This document shows positions 1-10,498 of a DNA stretch of 64,000 nucleotides, in pieces. Position 1 is the stretch's first letter. Each line of letters opens with the position of its first letter. A program made the position numbers and the translations under genes. The notes under the pieces are model-generated. The model worked only from the letters and a program-made list of their open reading frames with translations, was not told the DNA's origin and did not search any database. Source of the DNA: Epithemia pelagica (Eukaryota; Protista; Bacillariophyta); contig OX337229.1 in assembly GCA_946965045.2 (NCBI GenBank), forward strand, positions 62,001 through 126,000, written 5' to 3'.

Positions 1-2
1 GG

Positions 3-3000
3 AAACCGAAGCCACAAGCACAGCCGAAAGAGGAGGTGGGAAATGGCGCTGCCCTTGAAAAGTCGACATACACTGCAGATGGTCGTCTCTCACCGACAAG
101 AGCAGGTCTGCTCCACGAAGGAGCCGAGGATGCTGATGAGGGAGATGCGATGCTCATGTCGACGAAAACCTACAAGTCTGCAGATTCTGATGAGGATTCC
201 GGTGTAGCTGTGCCTATTGATACAAACGCTGGTGGTACCGAGACAAGAAATGCATTGGAAGAAGGACTGGCCAATACTGGAGGAGTCCGGTTTGTTGTGT
301 CCCTGGAAACAACGCCTCGTATGCACGAACCAGCAGCTCCGCAACTCTCTTCCAATACGCCACGATCGATTTTGAACAAGAAGGGACCACATGCTCGTCA
401 TCACTACAATGAAGACGGTACGCCAAAACTACGATCTCAACCAAGCATTCTTACGACCGGAAGTACCAGCCTAGAAAGTCTCTTTCGTCCCATGCTCGAC
501 TTCAATCCATGGAAAACACCCAACTCACTAGCTACAAACAACAGTACGCCCAAACCCAGCAATGAAGAATCATCCAATAGAGCCCAGGAGGAGCGTGATT
601 GTACAGAGAAGCAGACTATATCGAATAACACTCCATTGTCGAGTCGTCAAAAGTCCCAAGATGACCAATCACAATGCTATGAGGAGGGCTTTGAGCGGAC
701 ATTATCGACAATGTCATCTATATCAACCATGGACGAAGGAAAGAAGCACGAACAAAAGCCTGAGAAGAAGAAACCAGAACCAATTGAGGATATTCACCCA
801 CGGGAGCAGATGGAAATTGAAAAAGCCGAGCACGATGAGTCACACGGCGATCCACAGGAAAAAACCGAGGAAGACAGCGTATACTCTTTGCACTCCAAAA
901 TTGACGAACTCATTACTGCATCGGAGGAGCAAGATGAGTTGGAGTCATTGTCCAACAACCGGTCGAATCGCCTCAAACGATGGAAAAAGCGAACCCGAGG
1001 AATGGTTCGAAGGCTATCCACAAGAGACCAATCGAAACAAGAAGAACCAAATGACACAAAGGGGGAAAATGCCAAAAGGAGGAACCGTCTTCTACTCCGA
1101 AGGAAACAGAAACCTGAACCATTGGATCGGGTGGCGGAAGAAGATCAACCGAACGATCCAAAGAAGGAAGAAGATCAACCGAATGATCCAAAGAAGGAAG
1201 ACGAGCAAGAGAAGGAATCGAAGGAGGAGCCAAAGGCTGAAATGGAGGAACAGAATGGCCCAGTTTCGAAACCATCGGATGGAGATGAATCGGATACGTC
1301 CAATCCACGAAATCAACAGCAAGAGGCAAAAGGGAAAGAAACGAACGACGAGAAGGACGACCATGAACCCGAAGAAGACCGCGTGGAGACAACAGAAGGT
1401 CCTGCGATGGAATCATCCAATTCCAAGCAAGATGGCACAACAAAGACCAAGAGTAATCGCAGACTTTCGTCGATCGTCCGACGATACAAGAACAAGAAGA
1501 AAGACTCGACAGGAAACAACAGCAAGAACGTTTCTCGTCCGTTCCTGCGAGCATTACGAGTGAAGAAAGAAACAAGCGACATTGAAGAGCCTCCCCCACC
1601 ACTGGACCACGAAGATGAATACTACGAATATGAAGAAGAAGAAGAAGAAGAATACGAACAAGGCCAGCCGGACATAGCACACACCACAAAATCCAACAAA
1701 CGGCTTTCCGCCTTGCGCAATCTCTTCAAACGCCGATCCATGAGTGGGAACAAGAATCACCACCAAAAGTTTGAAGATGCTTACATCAACAAGAGTGAAA
1801 GCCATAATATTGTACCGGAAGAAAGTTACAGTTACTTTTCGGAGGGAACCCGGGAGGATGAAGATTTGATTCATATTATTTCCCTGAGTACCAGTTCCGG
1901 CATGGATAATCCTTCGGTACTTACCGAACCGACCGATTACGGAAGCCATGTCGACGAGGAAAGTCGCTTGTCCAACAGTGGTGGTCGACGCAAGGAAGCT
2001 GTGATTGTGGAAGATGTATCCTCGTCCTCCGCCTCGTCATCGACGAGTAGTAGCCGATATCATGTATCCAGGTCCACACCACCACTTCGAGAGGTTAGCA
2101 CCAGCGGATCCTCCTCCCGAAGTAGCCGGAGTGAAGACCGAACCAACAACAACAACAACACCTATGTCAAACCCATGTTACAGATTGACGAAACGGTCCA
2201 CGAAGAAGAGTACCACAATGGTGGTGATGATGACGATTCGGTCTCCCAGTTCTTTGAAGCCTGTGAAAACGACGAAACTCATCCACTAGCCCATGTGGTG
2301 GAACGCCAAGGCCGACCCGGCCGTGATCATCATCCCGTATCGCCCGTCATTTCGGATACGACCCCCAAGGCAAGAACGTCGAAACGGACCACGCCCAAGG
2401 TATCATCCTTTAACCATACAACAAACAAGACTGCCGACCTGTATGATGATGTGGCTCCATCCTTGACACTCTCCACATCGAATTCTTCCACATCGTCGTC
2501 GTCACAGAATCATGCACCCGTTCGAACGCGGAGCAAGGATGCCGCCTCGGGGAATCCTTACCAAAAGTCATTCTTGTCGAAATCAAGGACAACGTCTCCC
2601 AAATCCAACAAGAAATCGGCGGCCCTGGACATGGATCCCTTGTTGGATGAGTATACAACCGACCTGGAAGCCGACACTGACGAAAACAAGAGTCCCTTGA
2701 CCAAAAAGTTGGAAACGGCCGAAGATCGCTTGACCCGTCGATTGAAAAAGGATTTGCAACTCTTGAATCGAATCGAAAAACTTCGCGTGGCGCGAGACAC
2801 ACAACAGTATTCCAAGACGACTACTACGAATGGCAATGGACCGCGGGGACACTCTCGCTTGGACGAAACGGCTGGCATTTTGCGAGAAGTGCAAGCCTTT
2901 GTGCGGCAACACAAGGCGGAACGAACGCAAACATCTGGATCCTCCTTGTTTCGTACGCAATCCATGCCCATCTGCACCAACCACAACCACCACAACAATT

Positions 3001-3101
3001 ACAATACCAGTTCGGGTGCCTTGGTATCTCATCAACCATGGACTGGAGGCGACTTGTTTTCGTGTGGATCGACTCCGGCCCATGTTATTTTGGAAGACTA
3101 A
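3..3101 (+). CDS. Large low-complexity hypothetical protein, 5'-truncated by the window edge
   Basis: The frame is open from base 3 (KPKPQAQPKEEVGNG...) to TAA at 3099-3101. It has acidic, Ser-rich and basic clusters, a 30-bp internal duplication (EEDQPNDPKK x2) and a short coiled coil near the C-terminus. No domain recognised. Confidence 0.75.
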   Translation, partial: KPKPQAQPKEEVGNGAALEKSTYTADGRLSPTRAGLLHEGAEDADEGDAMLMSTKTYKSADSDEDSGVAVPIDTNAGGTETRNALEEGLANTGGVRFVVSLETTPRMHEPAAPQLSSNTPRSILNKKGPHARHHYNEDGTPKLRSQPSILTTGSTSLESLFRPMLDFNPWKTPNSLATNNSTPKPSNEESSNRAQEERDCTEKQTISNNTPLSSRQKSQDDQSQCYEEGFERTLSTMSSISTMDEGKKHEQKPEKKKPEPIEDIHPREQMEIEKAEHDESHGDPQEKTEEDSVYSLHSKIDELITASEEQDELESLSNNRSNRLKRWKKRTRGMVRRLSTRDQSKQEEPNDTKGENAKRRNRLLLRRKQKPEPLDRVAEEDQPNDPKKEEDQPNDPKKEDEQEKESKEEPKAEMEEQNGPVSKPSDGDESDTSNPRNQQQEAKGKETNDEKDDHEPEEDRVETTEGPAMESSNSKQDGTTKTKSNRRLSSIVRRYKNKKKDSTGNNSKNVSRPFLRALRVKKETSDIEEPPPPLDHEDEYYEYEEEEEEEYEQGQPDIAHTTKSNKRLSALRNLFKRRSMSGNKNHHQKFEDAYINKSESHNIVPEESYSYFSEGTREDEDLIHIISLSTSSGMDNPSVLTEPTDYGSHVDEESRLSNSGGRRKEAVIVEDVSSSSASSSTSSSRYHVSRSTPPLREVSTSGSSSRSSRSEDRTNNNNNTYVKPMLQIDETVHEEEYHNGGDDDDSVSQFFEACENDETHPLAHVVERQGRPGRDHHPVSPVISDTTPKARTSKRTTPKVSSFNHTTNKTADLYDDVAPSLTLSTSNSSTSSSSQNHAPVRTRSKDAASGNPYQKSFLSKSRTTSPKSNKKSAALDMDPLLDEYTTDLEADTDENKSPLTKKLETAEDRLTRRLKKDLQLLNRIEKLRVARDTQQYSKTTTTNGNGPRGHSRLDETAGILREVQAFVRQHKAERTQTSGSSLFRTQSMPICTNHNHHNNYNTSSGALVSHQPWTGGDLFSCGSTPAHVILED

Positions 3102-3735
3102 ATAAGAATCATTAGAATAATCGGGAGAGAGACAGAGAGGAGTGGTAACAGGACCGACCGCAGAGGGGATGCGGCGTATACCATTCCTCCATCTCCTAAC
3201 CGAGTATGTATTGGGGACAGCCACCTGTAATCATCATCCACCTATCTAGAAGGAAACGAGTCATCCTTGGGGACTCTGTGAGTATATGGCCATGGTTTTT
3301 CCTTGTCTACACAAGTAGTAGATCGTAGCAGTCAGTGGATAGGTTTCGCCGCGGTTCGTTAGGCGTAGTTCCAAGGTCCAGGAGACAGTGTTACAATTAG
3401 AGGTAATTGGAGAGATAGAGAGAGAGAGATAGAGGCGTCGATCACTTACATGCCTTCAATGACAAAGAAGGCACGAAAGACCCTTGCATCCTATCACAGA
3501 TATTTCTCCTAACGAACAAGGTAGTTTGTAGGAGCTACGAGACATTAGTTGGAATCTAATACGGATTATAAGTATGTGATACGACAAGGGGAACCAATGG
3601 TCCAATTCGGTTGCTAGTGGGAACCAACCGAGTCCATGGCCCAGAACCAGTCAAGGTCCTTCCAAAATGATGAGAATAATAATACGTTCGAGACTTGAAG
3701 AACAGCGCGACAGATCCAGACGGGCGTGTGATGAT

Positions 3736-3972
3736 TTATCCTTCATAAATTGGTTGAATGAGTGGATGCCATTGATGAAGCCAGGCGCAGAGCCAAAACA
3801 ACCACATGGCCGTGACGGCAATGGAGACGACAATGTTGCCAATGGCGGCATCGTCCTTGTTGAGCATGCCAAAGGCTCGACCGCCCATGACCATTCCAAT
3901 CAAAATGGCCGCGAATAATATGTACCCAATCGTACCCGTAATCAACACGGAGGGAATGCCCAACAACGACAT
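3736..3972 (-). CDS. ATP6V0E: V-type H+-ATPase subunit e (78 aa)
   Basis: Two hydrophobic helices and the C-terminal signature MWLFWLCAWLHQWHPLIQP of subunit e/Vma9. ATG at 3972. Confidence 0.93.
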   Translation of the reverse strand: MSLLGIPSVLITGTIGYILFAAILIGMVMGGRAFGMLNKDDAAIGNIVVSIAVTAMWLFWLCAWLHQWHPLIQPIYEG

Positions 3973-4936
3973 GATGATAAAACTTGGTGTGTGTAGGTGT
4001 GTGTAAAGAGATGTAGGTGTCTGTGGAGAATGAACCAACGGAATGGATCTAGGAAAGAGACTGGTGCTGCGAGAGGGTCTTGATGCAAGGCCACAAGGTT
4101 ATTTGCTTGGATATATAGCTTGTGCTGTTGTCTATCAAACGATCGACGACAATTGCCACAACCACAACGACTTCAAGAGACCAGAGGAGGTTGACTCGTT
4201 GACTCGTGTTGCTGCTGCTGGTGCTGTCGTGTTGTTGCTTCCCTCTTGATGGAGCCGGTCGGATTCGGGCACGCGCTCAAAGTTGGCGAGTGGTAGAGTC
4301 ATTGGAACGTCGGGCGGGCTTTTCGCCGTGACGGAAAGACCGCGATCCAAGATGTGTGGCAAGTGGCAAGGCGATTGTATCTCCGGTCGGATTGGCCACA
4401 CGGACGGTCGGTATCTTTTGGTGTCTCTTGTGTCTTGTGTTTGGCGTTCTCCAAAAAGATTTGGATTCTCGATCCGGGGAGCAGGCATACGAGAACAGAA
4501 AGATACTACCCCATTCCTACCACACATGCACGTGGTCTGGTAAGAACAAGAAGAGGGTACCGACTCTCCTCGTTTTGTTGTGTTCTGGACTTTTTTCTCG
4601 GAGAGAAGACAAAGAATCTTTTGGGTTTGGCGACCGGAGAGAGGTAGAGAAACAAGGAAGAAAGTCATTGTGGATCTAGTACAAAAGGGAATTGGATGAG
4701 AGCAACAAAACCAAGGACAGCGAACAAACTCCAGTGACAACAGTCCGTGCACAACCAAAACAAGAAGAGAAGAGTGCCAAACGAGAACAAGGAAACTATC
4801 GAATCATTATCATCCTCACCATCTTCATCATGTTGCAACTCCTCTCGACTCAACCCTATTACCTTACAACAACAAAAACAACAAGGTAAACCATCACAAA
4901 ACTAGCAACCGCAAGAACCCTGCTTGTTCCCAAATC

Positions 4937-7291
4937 ATGAGACATGGAGCCATTTTACGACGACGAGGAGGAATGGCTGTCGCCCACAGGATTCGGACAT
5001 GGTGGGACAGCGCTGGTTCGTCATTACCACTACCAACGCGGTCCGTGATTCGCTTCTCCACAACAGCAACAAGATCGACTAGACCAAGGGGCGGTCATCC
5101 ACCCGTCCTCCATGCATTGCCTTTTCCTTCTTGTTGTTGCTGTTTTCATTCCACATGGATCCGTCCCAAACAACTCCAACCAGACAGACCGTTCTGGTTC
5201 CCCTCCCAACACTCGCCGCCTAGGGACACAACTGTTGGTACCGAACCAACCGTGTCCAGATCCTCGGCCTCTTCGGCACCACCCTCTCCTCCGCTTTCTA
5301 CTTCTTCTTTGTCTTGGCTTCCTACGACGTCTGGTTTGTCGTCACGGTCAGAGCATGGTTCCTACATTTTGCAAGTCAAGGGAACCACGAGGCATCACTA
5401 TGCCGCGGCCGTGGGCATTGTCTTGCTTCAACGACCACCACAAACACAACAACAAGAACCATCCCAAGTCGTTCACACGAGGAATCCTTCTCCTCCCCCG
5501 GAAGAACCAGTGGTGGTCTTTGCCGGTCGCTACTTTTTGCCACGGTGGCGATCGGCCTTTGAAATTGAATATACCGCCATTTGCATGGGATTGGATCTGG
5601 CCCATCAGTACCTACTGCCGCAGCAACAACCACTCGAACAACAACAAGAACCACAACAAGAACCACGACGACCCATTGTCCTCGAGTTGCAATTGGATCA
5701 CGCCGTCATTCGTCAACAATTGCAAGGCACCTTGCCCATTAGCAAGACCAATCATCAGGAACGATTGACTTTCCTGTATTGGCAAATTATGGCCCAATCG
5801 CAAGCCTTTGTCTTTGACATTCAACCCATATCACCCGTCCAAAATCGACAAGCCGTTCATTTGGCCTGGACGGCCTTTGTCACGGGGCAATCGGCGTCCG
5901 TGTCCTTGCCAACCTCCACGAGTCGTGGATCCTCCTCCTCATCCCTGTCATCCTCCATTTGGGCCATTCAACAACGACCCTCCCAACGGTTCGTAGTACG
6001 ACAACCATTGCAGGGTCGGTCCCATCCCAATCCTCATCCTTGCGATTTGGAACTGGCGTTTGTCCCCTTGGAGGATCCCTATAATCGCCTCAAGAAACAC
6101 AACGAAGAAGAAGAAGAAGATGATGAGCAAGAGGAGAATGTGCAACACGAGGAGGAGTATCCCGAGCTACTGGACCATTCGTTGGAACCACCGGCGACAG
6201 AGCAAGACAGGAACCATGCGGGTTCGCCGGGAAACCAAGACCCAGATGCGCCTTGCTCGTCATCCTCCGCGTCATCGGTGCCACCTCCCAGCGCTATGGT
6301 TCCTCCTCGGGTCGCCCGTCCCTACAACGAACGAAATATCATGAGGATGATGAGTCCCATGGATCCTACACAAACCTATTTGTTGCAATGCGATGGTGGA
6401 TGTCGTGGTCGACCCACCTTTGTTTCGGGCGTCGGCATGGTCTTGTATCAACTCAATCACCAGGACGACGACGACAACAAGAAGAACCACCACCAGGATT
6501 CCTGGCACCAGAAACCGGAAATGGAAAACGAGTGGAACACGCACCTGGTAGAAGTCTGGTGTGGATTCAAATGCTTTCTTCCCAGTTCCGCCACACTCCA
6601 AACCTTTTCGTCGTCTCGTCACCGCCGCAATCGTCAGGCCAAGAACGAAACCAACAACCACAAGCAAAACAGCAGTCCGGTGCAAAACAACAACGACGAC
6701 CACCAGTACGACGAGGGACTCCGGAATGAGGCTGGTCGAATGAGTAACAATGTAGCCGAAATTTGGAGTTTGCTCTTGGGATTGGAGCAAGCACGACGTT
6801 TGGGCATTCGAAACTTACGGGTCCAAATGGATTGTGACACGGTCGTTCGCATCATTTACCAGGCAACGACCACAACCAACAAGGCGTCCAGTCCAGTCCC
6901 CACAACCGACAACAGCAATGATGACGACTCATTGTCATTATCGTCGTCCTTGTCCGTCAACGCGTTGCCCCTGGGTCCCTTTATTCGACAGGTACAAGAA
7001 TTGGTGGAGACGCATTTTGATGAGTTTGAAATTGAACACATTCGACGTCAGTACAATCGGCGGGCCGACTTTTTGGCCAATCATGCCATGGATTTTCAGT
7101 GCGACTATGGTGTTGATCCAGACATTGTGATATCTGGATCGTCCCCACAACATGCTTCGATACCGAAGAACCAACAAACAGAACCAGAGGACACTCTCCC
7201 GTATATGTACAAGGAGGAATGCGATTCAGAAGACAATGATGATGACGTGAATGAACTCCACCTTTCCTCCATGGCCGATCAACACTCCTAG
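4937..7291 (+). CDS. Ribonuclease HI-family protein with a degenerate N-terminal RNase H fold plus an intact archaeal-type RNase H domain
   Basis: The C-terminal domain has all four acidic residues (LQCDGGCRG, NNVAEIWSLLLGL, VQMDCD, HIRRQYNRRADFLANHAMD). The N-terminal domain has the same spacing with substitutions (LQVKG, AFEIEYTAICMGL, QLDH, QNRQAVHLA). Confidence 0.85.
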   Translation: MRHGAILRRRGGMAVAHRIRTWWDSAGSSLPLPTRSVIRFSTTATRSTRPRGGHPPVLHALPFPSCCCCFHSTWIRPKQLQPDRPFWFPSQHSPPRDTTVGTEPTVSRSSASSAPPSPPLSTSSLSWLPTTSGLSSRSEHGSYILQVKGTTRHHYAAAVGIVLLQRPPQTQQQEPSQVVHTRNPSPPPEEPVVVFAGRYFLPRWRSAFEIEYTAICMGLDLAHQYLLPQQQPLEQQQEPQQEPRRPIVLELQLDHAVIRQQLQGTLPISKTNHQERLTFLYWQIMAQSQAFVFDIQPISPVQNRQAVHLAWTAFVTGQSASVSLPTSTSRGSSSSSLSSSIWAIQQRPSQRFVVRQPLQGRSHPNPHPCDLELAFVPLEDPYNRLKKHNEEEEEDDEQEENVQHEEEYPELLDHSLEPPATEQDRNHAGSPGNQDPDAPCSSSSASSVPPPSAMVPPRVARPYNERNIMRMMSPMDPTQTYLLQCDGGCRGRPTFVSGVGMVLYQLNHQDDDDNKKNHHQDSWHQKPEMENEWNTHLVEVWCGFKCFLPSSATLQTFSSSRHRRNRQAKNETNNHKQNSSPVQNNNDDHQYDEGLRNEAGRMSNNVAEIWSLLLGLEQARRLGIRNLRVQMDCDTVVRIIYQATTTTNKASSPVPTTDNSNDDDSLSLSSSLSVNALPLGPFIRQVQELVETHFDEFEIEHIRRQYNRRADFLANHAMDFQCDYGVDPDIVISGSSPQHASIPKNQQTEPEDTLPYMYKEECDSEDNDDDVNELHLSSMADQHS

Positions 7292-7497
7292 AGGTCACAC
7301 CCCGACAGAGTTGTGTCCGAAACCAGAACGAAATGTTGTGGAATAATGATGCTGTACTCTACTCCAGTATTATTGTTTCTCGTTGGCTATAATCAAGCAT
7401 CTAAGGACGAGGATTCGGATGGTCGCGCCCTATGATGATATCTTTTGTTGGAACAACCAACTCTCGGTTGTTATCCGCATGACGATAAACAGAAAAA

Positions 7498-7714
7498 GGA
7501 TACACCACAAGTGTGTTGTTGGTCAAGGCATACGAGGGAATGACCGTCGACAAGGTGTTGATGGCACCGATTCGTCGTACAAAGGTCGACCTGGTCTTAA
7601 AACTCTTGTTCCTCATCATTGCGTGTGTACATGTAAACACCGGCCGAGACCAGACCTGCGGGCATAAACAAGGCGAGAAAGACCACAATTCGAAGGGAAA
7701 AGACAGCGACACTC
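7498..7714 (-). pseudogene. Collapsed fragment of the cyclase gene at 12240-15126
   Basis: Near-identical to about 14685-14920 with an internal deletion, fused to a short piece matching about 13698-13716 (ggatacaccacaagtgtgt). Confidence 0.9.
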
Positions 7715-7889
7715 GGAACTAGAAGCCAGATAGTCTCTGGTGCGTACAGCTCTTGGTGGAAAGCCCGCTCGCGACGTCAACGCGGCTGTACAATGAACGG
7801 GTGAGGCGACAGGACATCAATGGATGCCTGACAGGCACTATGGCACACCCCAGAGGCTAATCAGAGGAGCCCCCAAACTCGTAAAGGGT

Positions 7890-7976
7890 AGGCTAATCAA
7901 GAGGTAGCCCGAATCTCTAGGCTAATCAAGAGGTAGCCCGGATCTCTAGGCTAATCAAGAGGTAGCCCGAATCTCT
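7890..7976. repeat. 29-bp tandem repeat x3 (aggctaatcaagaggtagcccgaatctct); a fourth copy near 8109
   Basis: Read directly from the sequence. Confidence 0.95.
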
Positions 7977-8387
7977 AGGAGTACATACAATTTGAACGGT
8001 GGAGGCGACAGGACGTCAATGGACGCCTGTCATGCAACTATATGGCACACCCCACGCCGTATTGTATGTAACTCCTGAGGCAATCAGAGGAGCCTCTAAC
8101 TCGTTGCTGGCTAATCAAGAGGTAGCCCTAATCTCTATCTGGCACAGAGACCAAAGTCTCCGTGCCAGATACCTGGTAACACAAGGACAAGTCCTCATGC
8201 CACCAGGGTTTTGTGATAACACCGACAGCCGACACACCAACAAGGACCACCAACAAGGACCACCAACAAGGACGTCTCCGACAAGGACTCTAGCTAGACT
8301 CAGCTGATGTAGGAGTAGGAGTAAAATTTAGCAATCGGTAGAAACAGAAGAAGGGGTATTAGAGTGAGTAGGTTGAGTAGGAAAGAT

Positions 8388-9329
8388 TCATAACCGACAC
8401 GACTGTTCGCACGTACCACTAGCAACCGACAACCGACATGTTTTTTTCTGGGTTTTTTGGATTTTTTTGCTTTTTCTGGGTTTTTTGGATTTTTTTGCTT
8501 TTTCTGGTTTTTTTGGATTTTTTGGATTGTTTTCAACAGCACCACTACCCGTACCCGCGGACAAAAGACGAGCGGATCGTCGAACGTGCACCATTCGGCG
8601 TGCCTTTTTGGAGTAGGCAACAACAAGGATCCTGCCCAAACGCGGGGAGTCCTCGGGGCCGGAGGAACTCTCGATCACGCTTTGGCGGGCATTCTCGTCA
8701 ATGTGAGGCGAGGTATCTTTTTGGGTGGGGGTGGGGGGAGGAGGGGTGGCGACCATGGAAGGAGGGGTGGAGTTTCGAGGGGGTGAGTCGTGCCCCAAAG
8801 TGATCTCGTCGTCGTTGTCAGGGATGAGCGCAGGTTCAGGCTGATGACGGTCGACTGGAGGGGTCTCCTCTTCCTCGTCGTCCTCGAGATCGTCTGCGAG
8901 TGCGAGAGGAGGGAAGTCCAAGTCAGCGTCGAACTCGCAAGGCAGAACAGCAACATTGTCGACGTCGACCGCCTCCTCGCGATCGCGAATCTCCATCTCT
9001 CCAACTTCCTGCCGACCATTCTTGCAGTTCTTCGCAGCAAGCTTTGCTTCGGCAATGGCCAGCTGTTGCTGAAGCTGAGCTTTGTCGTGTCGAAGCTGTC
9101 GAAGCTCCGCATGTTCGTGTCGAAGCTCCACGTGTTCGCTACTTGTAGTACGACTTCTCTTGATGAAAATGACCCGAAACAGGTGTTGGACAATAAGTTT
9201 CGCCTCATCGAGGACATCAGCGACACCGTAACACAGTATGAGAGTCACAAAAGGAGCAACTAACAGAGCCCATTCGGAGCTGATCATCTTTTCGTAACAG
9301 TAATCACAATCACACATCATCATGGTCAA
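8388..9329 (-). CDS. Hypothetical protein: TM helix, coiled coil, acidic/Pro-rich linker, RRSARLLSA motif, Lys-rich tail
   Basis: 313-aa ORF. Its paralogue at 26679-27524 is also open, with in-frame indels in the shared part. Confidence 0.65.
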   Translation of the reverse strand: MTMMMCDCDYCYEKMISSEWALLVAPFVTLILCYGVADVLDEAKLIVQHLFRVIFIKRSRTTSSEHVELRHEHAELRQLRHDKAQLQQQLAIAEAKLAAKNCKNGRQEVGEMEIRDREEAVDVDNVAVLPCEFDADLDFPPLALADDLEDDEEEETPPVDRHQPEPALIPDNDDEITLGHDSPPRNSTPPSMVATPPPPTPTQKDTSPHIDENARQSVIESSSGPEDSPRLGRILVVAYSKKARRMVHVRRSARLLSAGTGSGAVENNPKNPKKPEKAKKSKKPRKSKKIQKTQKKTCRLSVASGTCEQSCRL

Positions 9330-9839
9330 TCGTATTTTTGGTCAATCGTATTTTGTTTTTGTGCGTGTTGGATTGTTGCGTGTTGTCGTTGTTGGCGTTT
9401 TGTGTTGTTTGGCGATCGGACCCTCGAGGTGCGAGGCAGCGGGGTCGGTTTATACGAGCACAACAATCAACCGTTCGAGGGCAGCAACACCCACCGTCGG
9501 GGCAATGTTGCACGTACCTCGAGGGTCGAGGGCAGCAACACAGCGCAACTACTCAACAATCAACCGTCGGGCGGTCCAATCACAACCAAGACGACGACGA
9601 CGACAAGAACAAAGAGCAAGTCGATGACGACGACACAACAACAAGATTCTAAATCATAATGAATAGCACACCTTCGTGCATGGGTTGGTTCTTCTTCTAT
9701 GCGACTACTACGACGGTTTGGTTGATACAACAATACAATACAAAACTACACCCCAATCTGTTTCGTTTTGATGTTTGCTGGTTTCTACCTAGTTTGGTTA
9801 ATGGGCCACCAAGGGAGCCGTTGCAGCTGTGGTGGGCAC

Positions 9840-10110
9840 TTCGGACCGCATCTCCTCGACACATTCTTGATAGTCTCCCATATCAAACAACATAGCGCCC
9901 TTGAATTGACTGGCATCGCCAAATTGGACATGATCCTTGTCAATCATTTTATTGGTCCGGGCGACGCGGCCAAAATTGTTCAATGGACTTGTAGAGGGCG
10001 GCCAGTGTGGCATTGCCGCGCTTGAGGGTTTCTTGGAGCATGGAAAGGGCTTCTTCGGGTTTGCGCAACCACATTCGGGCCATGTTGTTGACCGAACACA
10101 AATCCACGGG
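9840..10110 (-). pseudogene. TPR (kinesin-light-chain-like) gene fragment with frameshifts
   Basis: TPR-like pieces in different frames: LCSVNNMARMWLRKPEEALSMLQETL and FKGAMLFDMGDYQECVE. Confidence 0.5.
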
Positions 10111-10396
10111 GTCAAAATTGAGAGGCGAAAACTTGTGCGACACGGACGCGGCCAAGTGAAAGAATTGCAGGGCTGTATTGGGTCGACACCAATCTGATAA
10201 TGAATCAGGCCCATATTAAGGAGGGTCGCCTTGGAACATTCGACGGGTCCGGCACAACAGGTCGTTGTTCCTTCCTTGGCCTCTCAAGCCACGTGTTGTC
10301 GTGTGCTCAATGCGGTGGCTAGTATGAATCGAAAATCCATGCCAACGTACCAGAGCCAGAGGAAACGCCATAAGAAAAATCTAACCTCGATCAATC

Positions 10397-10498
10397 TGGG
10401 CGTCAGCATGGTCTTGTATCAACTCCTTCATCAGGACGACGACAACAAGAACAAGAAACTGGGAATGGAAAACGAGTGGAACACGCACCTGGTAGAAG
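10397..10498 (+). pseudogene. Short orphan fragment of the RNase H gene
   Basis: Matches about 6427-6551 (GVGMVLYQL...MENEWNTHLVE) with an internal deletion. Confidence 0.85.

Larger units (their letters stand above)
7749..9571. repeat. Dispersed 1.8-kb unit, copy 1 (ORF plus hairpin-rich downstream region); copy 2 at 26000-27727
   Basis: Colinear high similarity to 26000-27727 in the same orientation. No TIR or TSD seen. Confidence 0.9.

Noticed and set aside
4937-7291. RNase H as part of a retroelement pol gene
   Set aside because: No RT, protease or integrase motifs nearby, and the ORF has its own start and stop.
8285-8300. Helitron 3' end at CTCTAGCTAG in the dispersed unit
   Set aside because: Similarity between the two copies continues on both sides of the CTAG, so it is not a terminus.
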